NCBI GenBank assembly: GCA_016931295.1
Contig: JAFGEZ010000004.1
Location: 34,745 to 98,744 of the forward strand
Length of the DNA: 64,000 nucleotides
Direction of reading: 5' to 3'
Source: Candidatus Krumholzibacteriota bacterium
GTDB taxonomy: Bacteria; Krumholzibacteriota; Krumholzibacteriia; Krumholzibacteriales; Krumholzibacteriaceae
Part shown: positions 9,346-18,330 of the stretch, one piece after another
Position numbering within the stretch: the stretch's first letter is position 1
Layout of the letters: each line of letters begins with the position of its first letter
Position numbers and translations under genes: made by a program
The notes under the pieces: generated by a model
What the model was told of the DNA's origin: nothing
The model's database searches: none
What the model saw: only the letters and a program-made list of their open reading frames with translations

Positions 9346-9939
9346 ATGGAGATCTTTCTCCTGTTATTGCTGGCGTTCATGATCATCGGGTCGCTCGTGG
9401 CGATCGAGACGAAGAACCTCCTTTCCTCGGTCATCTCGGTGGGCGTCGTCGGATTCAGTCTCAGCATCGCGTTCCTGATGCTCGGGGCCCCCGACATCGC
9501 GATCACGCAAGTGGTCGTCGAGATCCTGATCCTCGTGATCCTGATCCGCGCGACCATCACGACCGACAACACGGCGATCGAGGGCGGCAGGGACACCTTC
9601 CCCTTCGTCTCGAGCCTCATCTTCTTCGGGCTGTTTCTGATCTTCGCGTGGTTCGCCATCCAGGAGCTGCCCCGGTTCGGCGAGCCCCTCATGCGGGTCT
9701 CCGACCACTACCTCCGCACGGGGGCCGAGAAGACGGGCGCGACGAACATCGTGACGAGCGTCCTCCTCGATTTCCGGGGATACGACACGGTCGGCGAGGC
9801 GACGGTGCTCTTCACCTCGATCGTCGGCGCCTTCGTGATCCTGCGGCGGCGCGGGCGCAAGAAGGCCGGCGAGGAGGATCACGAGAAGTTCGGGATCCTC
9901 GAGGACGACGACATAAAGAAGACGTTCGAGGGCTTCTAG
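9346..9939 (+). CDS. MrpB-family membrane subunit, part 1 (MbhD/DUF4040-like)
   Basis: 197 aa hydrophobic protein. LLDFRGYDTVGEATVLF motif characteristic of MnhB/MrpB. Confidence 0.6.
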   Translation: MEIFLLLLLAFMIIGSLVAIETKNLLSSVISVGVVGFSLSIAFLMLGAPDIAITQVVVEILILVILIRATITTDNTAIEGGRDTFPFVSSLIFFGLFLIFAWFAIQELPRFGEPLMRVSDHYLRTGAEKTGATNIVTSVLLDFRGYDTVGEATVLFTSIVGAFVILRRRGRKKAGEEDHEKFGILEDDDIKKTFEGF

Positions 9940-9952
9940 GGGGGAGCCGGCG

Positions 9953-10441
9953 ATGGACAAGAACGAGCTGATCAACGACCAGACCAAGGGCATGACCCCC
10001 ATCGTGAAGACGATCGTCCGTTTCGCCATGGGCATCATCGTGATCTTCGGCGCATACATCGTCCTCTACGGGCACCTGACCCCGGGGGGCGGGTTCGCCG
10101 GCGGGGTGATACTCGCCTGCGGCTACATCATCCTGACCCTCGCATTCGGCAAGGAGCTCGCCTTGGGGAAGCTGAGCAACACGGGGGCGTCGATCCTCGA
10201 CAACTCCGGGGCCCTTCTCTTCGTCTCGATCGGGCTTCTCGGCTATCTCGGGGGCGTGTTCTTCCTGAACTTCCTCCCGAAGGGCAGGATGTTCGACCTG
10301 GTCAGCGCGGGGACGATCCCCCTGTGCAATATCGCCATCGGCCTGAAGGTGACCGCGTCGGTCTTCGCCGTGTTCATCGCGCTGTCGATCTTCGGCCGGT
10401 TCATCTACGAACAAATCGGGGAAGACCAGAACGAGGAGTGA
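9953..10441 (+). CDS. MrpB-family membrane subunit, part 2 (MbhE/F-like)
   Basis: 162 aa. HLTPGGGFAGGV motif typical of MnhB. Together with 9346..9939 forms a split MrpB as in Mbh complexes. Confidence 0.6.
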   Translation: MDKNELINDQTKGMTPIVKTIVRFAMGIIVIFGAYIVLYGHLTPGGGFAGGVILACGYIILTLAFGKELALGKLSNTGASILDNSGALLFVSIGLLGYLGGVFFLNFLPKGRMFDLVSAGTIPLCNIAIGLKVTASVFAVFIALSIFGRFIYEQIGEDQNEE

Positions 10442-10447
10442 CGACGG

Positions 10448-10798
10448 ATGATCCTGTACTTCCTTTCCCTGGTGTTGCTGGTGATGGGGCTCTACTGCCT
10501 CATCGCGAAGAAGAATATCGTGAAGAAGATCATCGGGATCACCATCACGGAGTACTCCATCAACCTCTTCCTCGTCCTGCTCGGGTACAGGCAGGGGGGC
10601 GTCGCGCCGATCCTGCTCAAGGGGATGAAGAGCGGCGAGATCGTCGAGCACGCGGTCGACCCGTTGCCGCAGGCGCTCGTGTTGACCTCCATCGTGATCG
10701 GGCTCGGCGTGCTCGCCCTGATGGTGTCGATGTGCCTGCGCATCTACGAGAAGTACAAGACGTTCGACATGTCAGAGATCAACAGGCTCAGGGGCTAG
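10448..10798 (+). CDS. MrpC/NuoK-like subunit
   Basis: 116 aa with 3 TM helices. Position and size fit MnhC. Confidence 0.7.
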   Translation: MILYFLSLVLLVMGLYCLIAKKNIVKKIIGITITEYSINLFLVLLGYRQGGVAPILLKGMKSGEIVEHAVDPLPQALVLTSIVIGLGVLALMVSMCLRIYEKYKTFDMSEINRLRG

Positions 10799-10814
10799 AC
10801 AAGCCGGGGTGCAC

Positions 10815-12308
10815 ATGCAGGGATATTATCCGTTATTCACGGCGTTACCGCTCGCGGCGGCGTTCTTCAACCTCCTCGTGACGAAGATCAACCAGAAGTT
10901 CGCCGACGTCATCGCCTTCGTCGTGACCGGGGCGCTGGCCGTCATGGCGGTCCTCATGCTCTTCGAGCCGTCCTTCGTCTACCACGTCGGTGGGCACGAC
11001 GCCCCCTGGGGCATCCTCCTCGTCAACGACGGCCTGAGCACGCTCATGCTGGTGGTGATCAACGTCATCGGCTTCCTCGCCATGATCTTCTCGCTCCGGT
11101 ACATGACCACCTACACGGCCAAGCCGAAGTATTTCACGCTCTACATGCTGATGATCGCGGGGATGAACGGCGTCGTCATCACGGGCGACCTGTTCAACCT
11201 CTACGTCTTCCTCGAGATCGCGTCGATCGCCTCCTACGCCCTCGTCGGGTTCGGCACGGGGCGGCGGGAGCTCGAGGCCTCCTTCAAGTACCTGATCCTC
11301 GGGAGCGTCGCCTCGACGGCCGTCCTCTTCGGGATCGCCTTCATGTACTCGATGACCGGCACGCTGAACATGCCGGACATGGCGCAGCAGCTCGCCCTCG
11401 TGGGGATGAACCGGGCCGTGGCCTTCGTCATCGCCCTCTTCATCATGGGCTTCGGTTTGAAGGCCTCCACGGTGCCCTTCCACGCCTGGCTGCCCGACGC
11501 CCACCCGAGCGCGCCGGCGCCGATCTCCGCGATGCTCTCCGGGGTGCTGATCAAGGCGCTCGGGATCTACACGATCATGCGCGTCATGTTCCACGTCATC
11601 GGGCGGAACGCCCTCGTGGCCTCGATACTGATGTTCCTCGGGGCCCTCTCGATGGTCGTCGCCGGGCTCATCGCGATCGGCCAGAGCGATTTCAAGCGGA
11701 TGCTCGCCTATTCGTCGATCAGCCAGATGGGATACGTGCTGATCGGCGTCGGCGTGGCGCTCAACCCCGCGGCGACGCCGGTCGTCGCCGCCTTCGGGCT
11801 CGTCGGCGGGCTCTTCCACCTCGTCAACCACGCCGTCTTCAAGTCGCTCCTCTTCCTCGCTTCCGGCGCCGTCGAATACTGCACCGGCACGAGAGACCTG
11901 CACAAGCTCGGCGGGCTCATCAGGAAGATGCCGGTCACCGGCGTCGCGACGGCCATCGGCTCGATGTCGATCGCCGGGCTGCCGCCCTTCAACGGGTTCG
12001 TCTCGAAACTCCTGATCTTCATCGCCCTTTTCAAGGGCGGATACATGATCTACGGCATCGTCGCCGTGGCCGTGGGGTTCGTGACCCTGTTCTACTTCCT
12101 CAAGCTGCAGCGCGACGTGCTCTTCGGCTCGTTGCCGGCCGCCCTCGCCTCGGTGCGGGAAGCGCCCTTCGCCATGACGCTGCCGCTCGTCATCCTCGCG
12201 CTTCTCTGCCTCGCGATGGGAGTGGGATACACGTTCGTCGACTCGCATATGCTCCAGGCGGCCAAGGACGCCCTCCTGGACCAGGTGGCGTACATCAACC
12301 TCTTGTAA
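10815..12308 (+). CDS. MrpD/NuoM-like antiporter-type membrane subunit
   Basis: About 497 aa from ATG 10815 (track ORF starts at GTG 10809). NuoM/MrpD family motifs (HAWLPDAHPSAPAPISA, HAVFKSLLFLASGAV). Confidence 0.8.
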   Translation: MQGYYPLFTALPLAAAFFNLLVTKINQKFADVIAFVVTGALAVMAVLMLFEPSFVYHVGGHDAPWGILLVNDGLSTLMLVVINVIGFLAMIFSLRYMTTYTAKPKYFTLYMLMIAGMNGVVITGDLFNLYVFLEIASIASYALVGFGTGRRELEASFKYLILGSVASTAVLFGIAFMYSMTGTLNMPDMAQQLALVGMNRAVAFVIALFIMGFGLKASTVPFHAWLPDAHPSAPAPISAMLSGVLIKALGIYTIMRVMFHVIGRNALVASILMFLGALSMVVAGLIAIGQSDFKRMLAYSSISQMGYVLIGVGVALNPAATPVVAAFGLVGGLFHLVNHAVFKSLLFLASGAVEYCTGTRDLHKLGGLIRKMPVTGVATAIGSMSIAGLPPFNGFVSKLLIFIALFKGGYMIYGIVAVAVGFVTLFYFLKLQRDVLFGSLPAALASVREAPFAMTLPLVILALLCLAMGVGYTFVDSHMLQAAKDALLDQVAYINLL

Positions 12309-12335
12309 GGGGCCGGAAAAGGGAAAAGGGAGAAG

Positions 12336-12821
12336 ATGAAACGCATCATTCACTTTATCATCCTGATGATCGTCTGGCTGCTGCTGACCTGGTCGCTCCA
12401 GTGGCAGGAAGTGCTCGTCGGCGTTGTCGTCTGCCTGCTCGCCGAGCTGCTGCTCGGTGACATCTTCCCCCACGGCGCGGTCTACATCTTCAGCCCCGTG
12501 CGGCTCTTCTGGATGATCGTCTACACCGTCGTCTTCATCGCCTTCGTCGTCAGGGCGAATTTCGACGTGGCCTACCGCGTGCTGAACATCTACATGCCGA
12601 TCCGGCCGGGCATCGTGAAGGTGCGGACGGCGCTCAAGACCGACATGGCGAGGACCTTCCTCGCCAACTCGATCACGCTCACGCCGGGAACGCTCAGCGT
12701 CGACATGATCGACGACCATCTCTACGTGCACTGGATCAACATCACATCCGAGGATCCCGAGAAGGAGACGGAGATCATCGTGCGGCGGTTCGAGAAGCTG
12801 CTAGAAAGGGTGTTCGAGTAG
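12336..12821 (+). CDS. MrpE-like subunit
   Basis: 161 aa small membrane protein following mrpD. RBS AAGGGAGAAG upstream. Confidence 0.55.
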   Translation: MKRIIHFIILMIVWLLLTWSLQWQEVLVGVVVCLLAELLLGDIFPHGAVYIFSPVRLFWMIVYTVVFIAFVVRANFDVAYRVLNIYMPIRPGIVKVRTALKTDMARTFLANSITLTPGTLSVDMIDDHLYVHWINITSEDPEKETEIIVRRFEKLLERVFE

Positions 12822-13075
12822 TGAACGCAATTATCGCGCTATTGATTCTGTGCATCTTCCTGTGCATGTACCGGGTCGGGAAGGGCCCGACCGCGCCGGA
12901 CCGGACGGTCGCGATCGACATTCTCGGCACGCTGGTGGTGGGGTTCTGCGCCCTCTACACCATCATCACGGGGAAGGACCTCTACATGAACATCGGCATC
13001 TCGTGGGCGCTGCTCAGCTTCATCGGCACCCTCGCCCTGGCCAAGTATCTCGAAGGGAGGGGTTTCGATGAGTGA
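12821..13075 (+). CDS. MrpF-like subunit
   Basis: 84 aa from a GTG start overlapping the upstream stop by 1 nt. MnhF-like hydrophobic mini-protein. Confidence 0.55.
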   Translation: MNAIIALLILCIFLCMYRVGKGPTAPDRTVAIDILGTLVVGFCALYTIITGKDLYMNIGISWALLSFIGTLALAKYLEGRGFDE

Positions 13076-13409
13076 GACGATCGGACTGATACTGCTCATC
13101 GTGGGCATCTCCTTCGACGTCGTCGGGTGCATCGGGCTGGTGCGGCTCCCCGACATCTACAACCGCCTCCAGGCGGCGACGAAATGCGTCACGCTCGGCA
13201 CCTGCATGATCCTGTTGAGCGTCCCCTTCTACACGGGATTCAACTCGATGGGCATGAAGGCGCTGCTGTGCATCTGGTTCGTGCTGCTGACATCGCCGAC
13301 GGGGGCGCACGCCATCGCGCGCGCCGCCCACCGCTCGGGGATCCGCCTCTGGGAGGGCAGCGTCATGGACAAGTACGCGGAGGACCGCGAGGGCGCCGAG
13401 GACAATTGA
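13068..13409 (+). CDS. MrpG-like subunit
   Basis: 113 aa. Start overlaps the upstream gene by 8 nt. MnhG-like. Confidence 0.6.
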   Translation: MSETIGLILLIVGISFDVVGCIGLVRLPDIYNRLQAATKCVTLGTCMILLSVPFYTGFNSMGMKALLCIWFVLLTSPTGAHAIARAAHRSGIRLWEGSVMDKYAEDREGAEDN

Positions 13410-13444
13410 CGATCACGTAACGACACCGGGGGTTCAGACCGGCC

Positions 13445-14071
13445 ATGCGGAAACCGAAACTCAGAGAGCTGAAGGAGGCCCTGAACGCACTGTTCACGGG
13501 CCCGTACACGAGCAAGTTCCCCAAGGTGGCGCCGACGGTCCCCGCTCATTTCCGGGGCACGCCCACGTACGTCCCCGACGAGTGCGTCGGCTGCGGCGCG
13601 TGCGGCCAGGTCTGCCCCGCCGGCGCGATCGAGATCGCCGACGAGTTCAGCGAGGAGAAGGGCCGGCTCGTCCGCCGGATCACGCGCGACTGGGGCAAGT
13701 GCATCTTCTGCTCCCAGTGCTTCGTCTACTGCATCACGAAGAAGGGGATCGAGCTCGATCCCGACTTCGAGAAGTCGACGCTCGACCCGGCGACCAACAT
13801 CAACGAGCACGAGAAGGAGCTTCTCTTCTGCGAGAAGTGCGGGGGCGTGATCACCGCTGTCGACCACGTGACGTGGATGGCGCGCAGGCTCGGCGAGCTC
13901 GCCTTCGCCAACCAGACCTTCATGGTGGCGAAGATGGGCGAGCTGAAGCTGGTCGAGGAGACGGCGCCCCGCGAGGCCGAACGCGGTCTCGAACGGCAGG
14001 ACTTCATCCGTATCCTCTGCCCGAACTGCCGCGCCTCCTACATCCTCACCGACGAGTGGGGACAGAGCTGA
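13445..14071 (+). CDS. NuoI/MbhN-like 2x[4Fe-4S] subunit
   Basis: 208 aa. CVGCGACGQVCP and CIFCSQCFVYC motifs. Confidence 0.75.
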   Translation: MRKPKLRELKEALNALFTGPYTSKFPKVAPTVPAHFRGTPTYVPDECVGCGACGQVCPAGAIEIADEFSEEKGRLVRRITRDWGKCIFCSQCFVYCITKKGIELDPDFEKSTLDPATNINEHEKELLFCEKCGGVITAVDHVTWMARRLGELAFANQTFMVAKMGELKLVEETAPREAERGLERQDFIRILCPNCRASYILTDEWGQS

Positions 14072-14096
14072 CGAGGGGAAGAGACGGACATGCGAC

Positions 14097-14124
14097 GGGG
14101 CCCCCGCCGGGGGGCCTTTTTTTT
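14097..14124 (+). terminator. putative Rho-independent terminator (GC stem + T8)
   Basis: GGCCCCC/GGGGGCC stem with 4-nt loop at 14099..14116 followed by TTTTTTTT 14117..14124. Located after the nuoI-like gene and before hycI. Confidence 0.45.
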
Positions 14125-14181
14125 CGGGACGCCGGCCAACCCCGACCGCGGGACGCCGGCCGGACGAAAGGGCGAGGATCG

Positions 14182-14661
14182 ATGACGGACGAGGCCGGAA
14201 AGATCGTCGAACGGCTCCGCGGCAGGCGCTTCGGCGTCGTCTGCGTGGGAAACGATTTCCGGGGTGACGACGGGGCCGGTCCGGCCCTCGCCGCCGTGCT
14301 GGCCGGGCGGAAGATCGCCGCGCCGGTCGTCGACGCGACGGAGGTCCCGGAGAACTACGGCGGCTGGCCGGCGAAGGAGGGGCTCGAGAGCGTCCTCTTC
14401 GTCGACGCCGTCGAGATGGGAGCCGAGCCGGGCGTCTTCCAAATCATCCCCCTCGGGAAGCTGATGGTCTCGGCGAGCAGCACCCACCGCCTCTCGCTCC
14501 ACTTCACGATCCGCTTTCTCGAGAACGACTGGGACGGCGACGCCTTCCTCGTGGGCGTGCAGCCGAAGTCGATCGAGCTGGACGCCGGCCTCTCCGACGA
14601 GGTCCGCGCCGGCGTCGAAGCCCTCGCCGACGCGATCGAGCGGGCGGCGGGGGCGCCCTGA
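14182..14661 (+). CDS. hycI: hydrogenase maturation endoprotease (HycI/HybD family)
   Basis: 160 aa from ATG 14182. VGNDFRGDDGAGPA motif of hydrogenase maturation proteases. Sits in the 3' part of artefactual ORF 13582..14661. Confidence 0.75.
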   Translation: MTDEAGKIVERLRGRRFGVVCVGNDFRGDDGAGPALAAVLAGRKIAAPVVDATEVPENYGGWPAKEGLESVLFVDAVEMGAEPGVFQIIPLGKLMVSASSTHRLSLHFTIRFLENDWDGDAFLVGVQPKSIELDAGLSDEVRAGVEALADAIERAAGAP

Positions 14662-14689
14662 GGCGCCCCCGAATTTCCGCAGAAACCTC

Positions 14690-17356
14690 CTAGCGCAAGA
14701 GAACCATCTTCCGTGACTGCTCGAAAAATGCCGTCTTGACGCGGTAGAAGTAGACACCGCTCGCGACGCGCGAGCCGCGATCGTCCGTGCCGTCCCAGAC
14801 GACCGAGTACCGCGCGGCGGGGCGATGCTCGTTTACGAGGGTGCGCACGAGTGCGCCGGTCACGTCGTAGACGGCGAGGACGACGCGCGCGTCCCGGTCG
14901 ATCGAGAAGGCGATGCAGGTCGTCGGGTTGAAGGGATTGGGGTAGGCGGCGCCGAGCGCGTTCCTTGCGGGCGGAACGTCGTCGACGACGCCGGCGACCT
15001 CGACGGACAGGATCGAGCCGTCGGCGGCGAGCGCCTCGCCGAAGAGGCACGCGACCCCGTCGGGATCGGCCGCGCCGACGACGTCGAAGACCATCGTGCC
15101 GAGCTCGATCTCGCCGCCCTCCGCGTTGTCGAGCGAGAAGGCGGAGAGGAGGATCAGGTCCCGTCCGTGGTTACGGACCGGCGTGGCCACTGAGGCCACG
15201 GCGCAGGACGGATTCGGCTCCCAGGCGGCGAAGCGGACGGCGCCGGTTGATCCGTCGAACCCAAGGGTCGCTACCGGGATCGCCGTACGCGGCGCGAGAC
15301 GCACGGTGACGCAGAGCCGGTCGCCGATGCGCCGCGTCGCGAGACGGGCCCCGGCGGCGGCGCGGCCGTTCGTCGCGAGATAGAGCGGCGCGGGAGCGTA
15401 AATCGGCAGGCCGTGGTAGTAGTGCTCTCCCATGAAGGAGTAGTCGGACAGGTTCGTCCTGTCGTCGCCGTTGAAGTCGAAGTAGTCGTTGTAGCCGGCG
15501 TCGCCCCGCTGCTTGTTGTAGGTTTCGCCGAAGAAGGAGATGTCGCTCAGGTTGACCGTGCCGTCCGCGTTGTAGTCGGGGCTCTTGACGACGATGCCGC
15601 CGGCGTGCCCGAGCACGAATTCCCGGAAGCGGACGAGGAGCGAATCGGCCGCGCAGTCGTCGCCCGGCCCGGGGGTGTCGACGCTGGAGCAGGAATCGGA
15701 GAGGGTCGTCTCCCAGCCGTTGCCGGACGTGGCCGTCGAATCGGCGTGGACCGGATCGAGCCAGAAGACGTAGCGGCCCCCGGCCGAGCATGTCGCCATC
15801 GTCAGGTCACCGGCGACCAGGGGGCCCTCCATGTCGCCGTCGAGGAGATCGACGCCCACGACGAAGCGGTCCCAGTCGCCGCCGGGGCACCCGCACATGA
15901 AGGTGTCGCCGTCTGCGGCGACGGTGCCGGCGTCGCGTTCGTATTCCGCCCACAGGTCGCAGGCGGGCACGTACTGCAGCGAGGGGTGGGCGAGGCGCTG
16001 TGCGTAGACGTCATAGTTGCCGTTCCGGAAGTCGTACCAGGCGACGATGCCCCCATCGGTGAGGATCGGATGATGCTGCTCGCCGTTCGAGGAGCAGATC
16101 GCAACGCCGTTCGCCGTCCATGCGGCCTGGCCGCAGCGATCGAGCCGCTGTGCATAGATGGCGTCGGTGCTCCGCCCGTCGCACCACGCGACGACGACGC
16201 CGCCGCGGCCATCGGGCGCGACGCAGGGATGCGGGCAATCGGATTCGTACGCGCAGACGACGACGCCGTTCGCGCCCCACGCGCGCGTGCCGTCGCAGCG
16301 CACGCGGCTCGCGAGGACCTCGCCGCCGTCCGGGACGGCGATGATGACGCCGCAGGAGTCGTCGGTCGACACCGAGTACTCGCTGTAGTAATCGAGGTCG
16401 GTGATGGCGAGGGTCGGCGTCGCCTCGACGCCGTTGCTCGCCCACAGCCGCGTGCCGTCAGCGTCGTAGCGCTGGGCGTAGATCTCCGCCTCGTCGGGAT
16501 TGGGGTCGTAGTCGTGGTTTCTCGCATCGTACCAGGTGACGATGCAACCGCCGGCGCCGTCGGCGATGATCCGGGGCTGGAACTGGAGGCTGTCCGCGTC
16601 GCAGACCGTCCGGGCGCCGCCGAACCACGAGCTGCCGCCGTCGCGGTCGAGCGCGTAGAGCATGATGTCGCCGTTCTGATTGGCGTACGCGATGAACGCG
16701 CCGCCCTCGCCATCGGCGACCATCTCGTAGTTGTAATCGCCCTCGTACGCGTTGCTGACCACCACGGCGTTTTCCCAGAGAGGTTCGCCGTCGGGGCCGA
16801 TCCGCTGCGCCAGGAGGTTCGCGTCCTGGAAGAGGACGATCGCGCCGCCGTTCCAGTCGGAGACGATGCGCGGAAAGAGAGGGCTCCCGTAGCTCTCGTA
16901 CACGAGCTCGCCCCCGCTCGTCCATACCTCGTTGCCGTCAGCATCGATCCGCTGGGCATAGACGTCGCATGGCGACTGGGTGTCCGCGTTCATCGTCCAG
17001 ACGACGATCACGCCGCCCTCGCCGTCGGCGGCGAGGCGCAGGTGGCCCCAGGCGAGCGTCGGCGCGTTGCCGCTCTTGACGGCGACGCCGTTCGAGGTCC
17101 ACTGGACCGCGCCCGACGAATCGATCTTCTGGACGTAGTACTCGGGGTAGTCGTACCCGGCGCGCTCGTCCATCCACCCGATGAACGCGCCCCCGCGACC
17201 GTCGCGCAGGACGTGCCGGCACAGCTGGCGGCCGGTCGACGTGCAGACGGCGACGCCGTTCACCGACCACTCGATCTCGCTCGCCACGGCCGCGGCCGCG
17301 GCGAGGATCGAGACGCCCAAAAAGAGGAGAAGACAGGATGCGGAAAAGGATCTCAT
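14690..17356 (-). CDS. secreted repeat (beta-propeller-like) protein with C-terminal T9SS-type sorting domain
   Basis: About 888 aa from ATG (complement 17356). N-terminal signal peptide MRSFSASCLLLFLGVSILAAAAA. At least five YAQR(I/L/Y)DxxG..W repeats. C-terminus YPNPFNPTTCIAFSI...VWDGTDDRGSRVASGVYFYRV matches the Por/T9SS C-terminal sorting domain. Confidence 0.7.
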   Translation of the reverse strand: MRSFSASCLLLFLGVSILAAAAAVASEIEWSVNGVAVCTSTGRQLCRHVLRDGRGGAFIGWMDERAGYDYPEYYVQKIDSSGAVQWTSNGVAVKSGNAPTLAWGHLRLAADGEGGVIVVWTMNADTQSPCDVYAQRIDADGNEVWTSGGELVYESYGSPLFPRIVSDWNGGAIVLFQDANLLAQRIGPDGEPLWENAVVVSNAYEGDYNYEMVADGEGGAFIAYANQNGDIMLYALDRDGGSSWFGGARTVCDADSLQFQPRIIADGAGGCIVTWYDARNHDYDPNPDEAEIYAQRYDADGTRLWASNGVEATPTLAITDLDYYSEYSVSTDDSCGVIIAVPDGGEVLASRVRCDGTRAWGANGVVVCAYESDCPHPCVAPDGRGGVVVAWCDGRSTDAIYAQRLDRCGQAAWTANGVAICSSNGEQHHPILTDGGIVAWYDFRNGNYDVYAQRLAHPSLQYVPACDLWAEYERDAGTVAADGDTFMCGCPGGDWDRFVVGVDLLDGDMEGPLVAGDLTMATCSAGGRYVFWLDPVHADSTATSGNGWETTLSDSCSSVDTPGPGDDCAADSLLVRFREFVLGHAGGIVVKSPDYNADGTVNLSDISFFGETYNKQRGDAGYNDYFDFNGDDRTNLSDYSFMGEHYYHGLPIYAPAPLYLATNGRAAAGARLATRRIGDRLCVTVRLAPRTAIPVATLGFDGSTGAVRFAAWEPNPSCAVASVATPVRNHGRDLILLSAFSLDNAEGGEIELGTMVFDVVGAADPDGVACLFGEALAADGSILSVEVAGVVDDVPPARNALGAAYPNPFNPTTCIAFSIDRDARVVLAVYDVTGALVRTLVNEHRPAARYSVVWDGTDDRGSRVASGVYFYRVKTAFFEQSRKMVLLR

Positions 17357-17738
17357 GAACAGACCTCCACGGTTGCGGCGCACTCGCGCCGATACCCTTC
17401 GCCCGGAATACGCTTTCGGGCGCGTACGCGTGCGGCCGACGAACCCCCATCGGGCCGCCTCGTGCGCGCTGGACACGTTCCCGCGCGCTCGTCGGCATGG
17501 CCGGCGGCCGCACCGCGATCGGATTGAAACGGAGTGCGATACTGGACGTTGCCCCTGAACCCGTCTTCCACTATACGTGCTTCGTCACGCGAGTCAATCT
17601 GTTTATTGTATTATGTCGCTCAAATATTTCTCGCGACCGATTTCATCGCTTGCGGCCAGCGCAGAAGTCGTATATCATCTCTGCTTGTAAATCGTTGTGT
17701 TCTCGCGCAAGGGGCGGCGTCATATTATCGCAAGAACG

Positions 17739-17775
17739 CGTAAACAATATGTGATAGTGTAAAATATTGTTTACG
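17739..17775. promoter_or_regulatory. 12-bp perfect inverted repeat (CGTAAACAATAT-N13-ATATTGTTTACG) in AT-rich promoter region
   Basis: Seen directly in the sequence. Lies about 100 bp upstream of ATG 17877 in a locally AT-rich intergenic segment (17560..17876). Candidate operator. Confidence 0.4.
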
Positions 17776-17876
17776 TCTTGGCGGCGTCCGGTTTCTGGCT
17801 GACGCCGGAGCCGGCCACACCCCGAACGGCCAGGGAGTCCGGGCGCGGGGCGCATCGCAACGGAAAGGAGGCGCGG

Positions 17877-18227
17877 ATGAGACGGAACCGGATGATCCTT
17901 GCCGCGGGCGTGCTCGTGTGCGCGGCGGCGGTGTTCGTCGTCTTCGCTCTCGCTTCGCGGGGAGCGAACGCCGGCTTCTACGACGACGGCGACGTCCTCG
18001 TGATCGAGATCGACGAGTGCATCGGGTGCGGGGCGTGCGAGGGGATCGCCGACTGCATCGCCGTGGAGGATCACGCGTACTTCGTCGAGGGAGCGGACGG
18101 CGAGCCGTGTCCAGACTCCGACCATTGCGGCATCGTCTACAATAGCGCGATCCGCAGGGAACTCGTCGCCACCTGTCCTTTCTGCTTCATCAGGGAGAAG
18201 GAGAGCACCGACGACTGCTGCAACTGA
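17877..18227 (+). CDS. small exported/membrane-anchored Cys-rich ferredoxin-motif protein (paralog 1)
   Basis: 116 aa. RBS AAAGGAGG. N-terminal hydrophobic anchor MRRNRMILAAGVLVCAAAVFVVFALA. CIGCGACEGIADC...ATCPF arrangement like single-cluster 4Fe-4S ferredoxins. Confidence 0.5.
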   Translation: MRRNRMILAAGVLVCAAAVFVVFALASRGANAGFYDDGDVLVIEIDECIGCGACEGIADCIAVEDHAYFVEGADGEPCPDSDHCGIVYNSAIRRELVATCPFCFIREKESTDDCCN

Positions 18228-18300
18228 CGGACGTTCCGCGGGACGCGGGCGGGCGTGTCGTCCGCGGCGGCCCCGGAGACGCCGGCGGCGGATTCGATGC

Positions 18301-18324
18301 GCGGGCGGCCGGTCGGCCGCCCGC
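18301..18324. terminator. GC-rich hairpin between convergent genes
   Basis: GCGGGCGGCC-GGTC-GGCCGCCCGC perfect 10-bp stem, seen directly. Confidence 0.35.
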
Positions 18325-18330
18325 GCCGTC

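Noticed and set aside
5933-9692. Long minus-strand ORFs 5933..7474 and 7410..9692 antisense to the hydrogenase large subunit and NuoL-like genes
   Set aside because: Low-complexity D/R/G/E/P-rich translations. The sense-strand genes carry diagnostic motifs.
14965-16445. Poly-arginine ORFs (e.g. 14965..15309, 16011..16445, 15802..16959) inside the T9SS gene region
   Set aside because: Products like MRAERRRRRRRPRR arise from CGG/CGC-rich alternative frames of the real minus-strand gene.
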